In this document: piece by piece, positions 33,673-34,458 of the stretch
Layout: every line of letters begins with the position of its first letter
How positions within the stretch are numbered: position 1 is the first letter of the stretch
Assembly: GCA_000934665.2 (NCBI GenBank)
Contig: JYFJ02004552.1
Location: forward strand, 1-34,458
Direction of reading: 5' to 3'
Source of the DNA: Catajapyx aquilonaris
Lineage: Eukaryota
DNA: 34,458 bases
Position numbers and translations under genes: made by a program
The notes under the pieces: model-generated
Databases searched by the model: none
What the model was told of the DNA's origin: nothing
What the model saw: only the letters and a program-made list of their open reading frames with translations

Positions 33673-34271
33673 AGTTTATGCGTTCGTGATGAGGTCAAGA
33701 TATCGGAACACGAGACGAGACCTACGCTTACGCCATCGCTATCTAACCCAGGGTCCCCTACATGTGTGCCTCCCCCACCCTAGCCAGGGTATTGTCTCCA
33801 CGTAGTCCTTATGGGGCGTCCATATTGGAGCTAGATTGCATGCTGCAGGATAGGAAATTGGCAAGCGTTCAAAAAAAAAAAAAAACCATGACATTTTTTC
33901 ACTGCATGCAGATCCAATGCAATCTAGCTCCAATATGCCGGAGAGACAATACCCTGTCAGCCTGTCTAGGTGGGGGAGGCAGTCATGGAGGTTACCCTGA
34001 TCTAACCCAGAGCCTATCTAGTTTCTGGTCTAACCGGCCGGCGACTGATATTTGTACATGCACAAAGGCGCAGGCGCAAAGGGCTAATAGTAGCGTAGCA
34101 GTTATCAGAGTAGTATGCTATATCGCAGCGATCGCAGCTATAGAGTGAACAATTTGTGGATGATTGTGGAATGATGGTAATTAGTATGTGATTGTCGAAT
34201 AAGTGTGAGTGACCGCGGATGATTGTTAATGATTGTGACATTATATTAAGAATAGCGATAAAATTAAATCA

Positions 34272-34326
34272 ACAGGCAATGGGGGGGGCAAGGCCCCCCT
34301 GCCCCCCCCCCCTGAAACCGCGCCTG
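34272..34326. repeat. Probable hAT-like element terminus (...CCCCCTGAAACCGCGCCTG)
   Basis: G/C-run hairpin followed by a CAG-type terminus; partner end not identified. Confidence 0.35.
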
Positions 34327-34458
34327 GGGGTAGCTCACACGCCAGGATGAACGAAACGGGTTCAGTTCATCCTGACGTGTGGGCCGCCCGCTAGACACAG
34401 ACCTTGGTAGTAGAGGCTAGGTGAGGTGAGGTAGGGTGGCAGGCTAAGAGGGGGGTTG

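Overview
Eukaryotic, almost entirely transposon-derived window. It is probably from an arthropod, given the internal TTAGG arrays (inference), and no host gene is recognisable. The main elements are: (1) a truncated minus-strand Ty3/Gypsy element (A) whose gag is split by a TTAA piggyBac-type MITE; (2) a full-length but disabled plus-strand Gypsy element (B, 8786-17624, ATAG TSD) with a -1 gag-pol frameshift signal and a related non-coding LTR element (C) nested in pol; (3) a young 2.4-kb gag-only Mag-like LTR element; (4) a full-length APE-type LINE (27930-33287, 15-bp TSD) whose ORF1 has a hydrophobic leader plus a 2A/StopGo-like motif; (5) an isolated L1-type ORF1; (6) three tRNA-derived SINE types, several MITE/foldback families, and Sola- and hAT-like transposase relics, many nested in one another. 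The most interesting signals are a strand-specific TACGAG motif array shared by three related LTR families, the 2A-like LINE leader, and a modular TIR element carrying a tRNA-like cassette and telomeric repeats in shuffled order.
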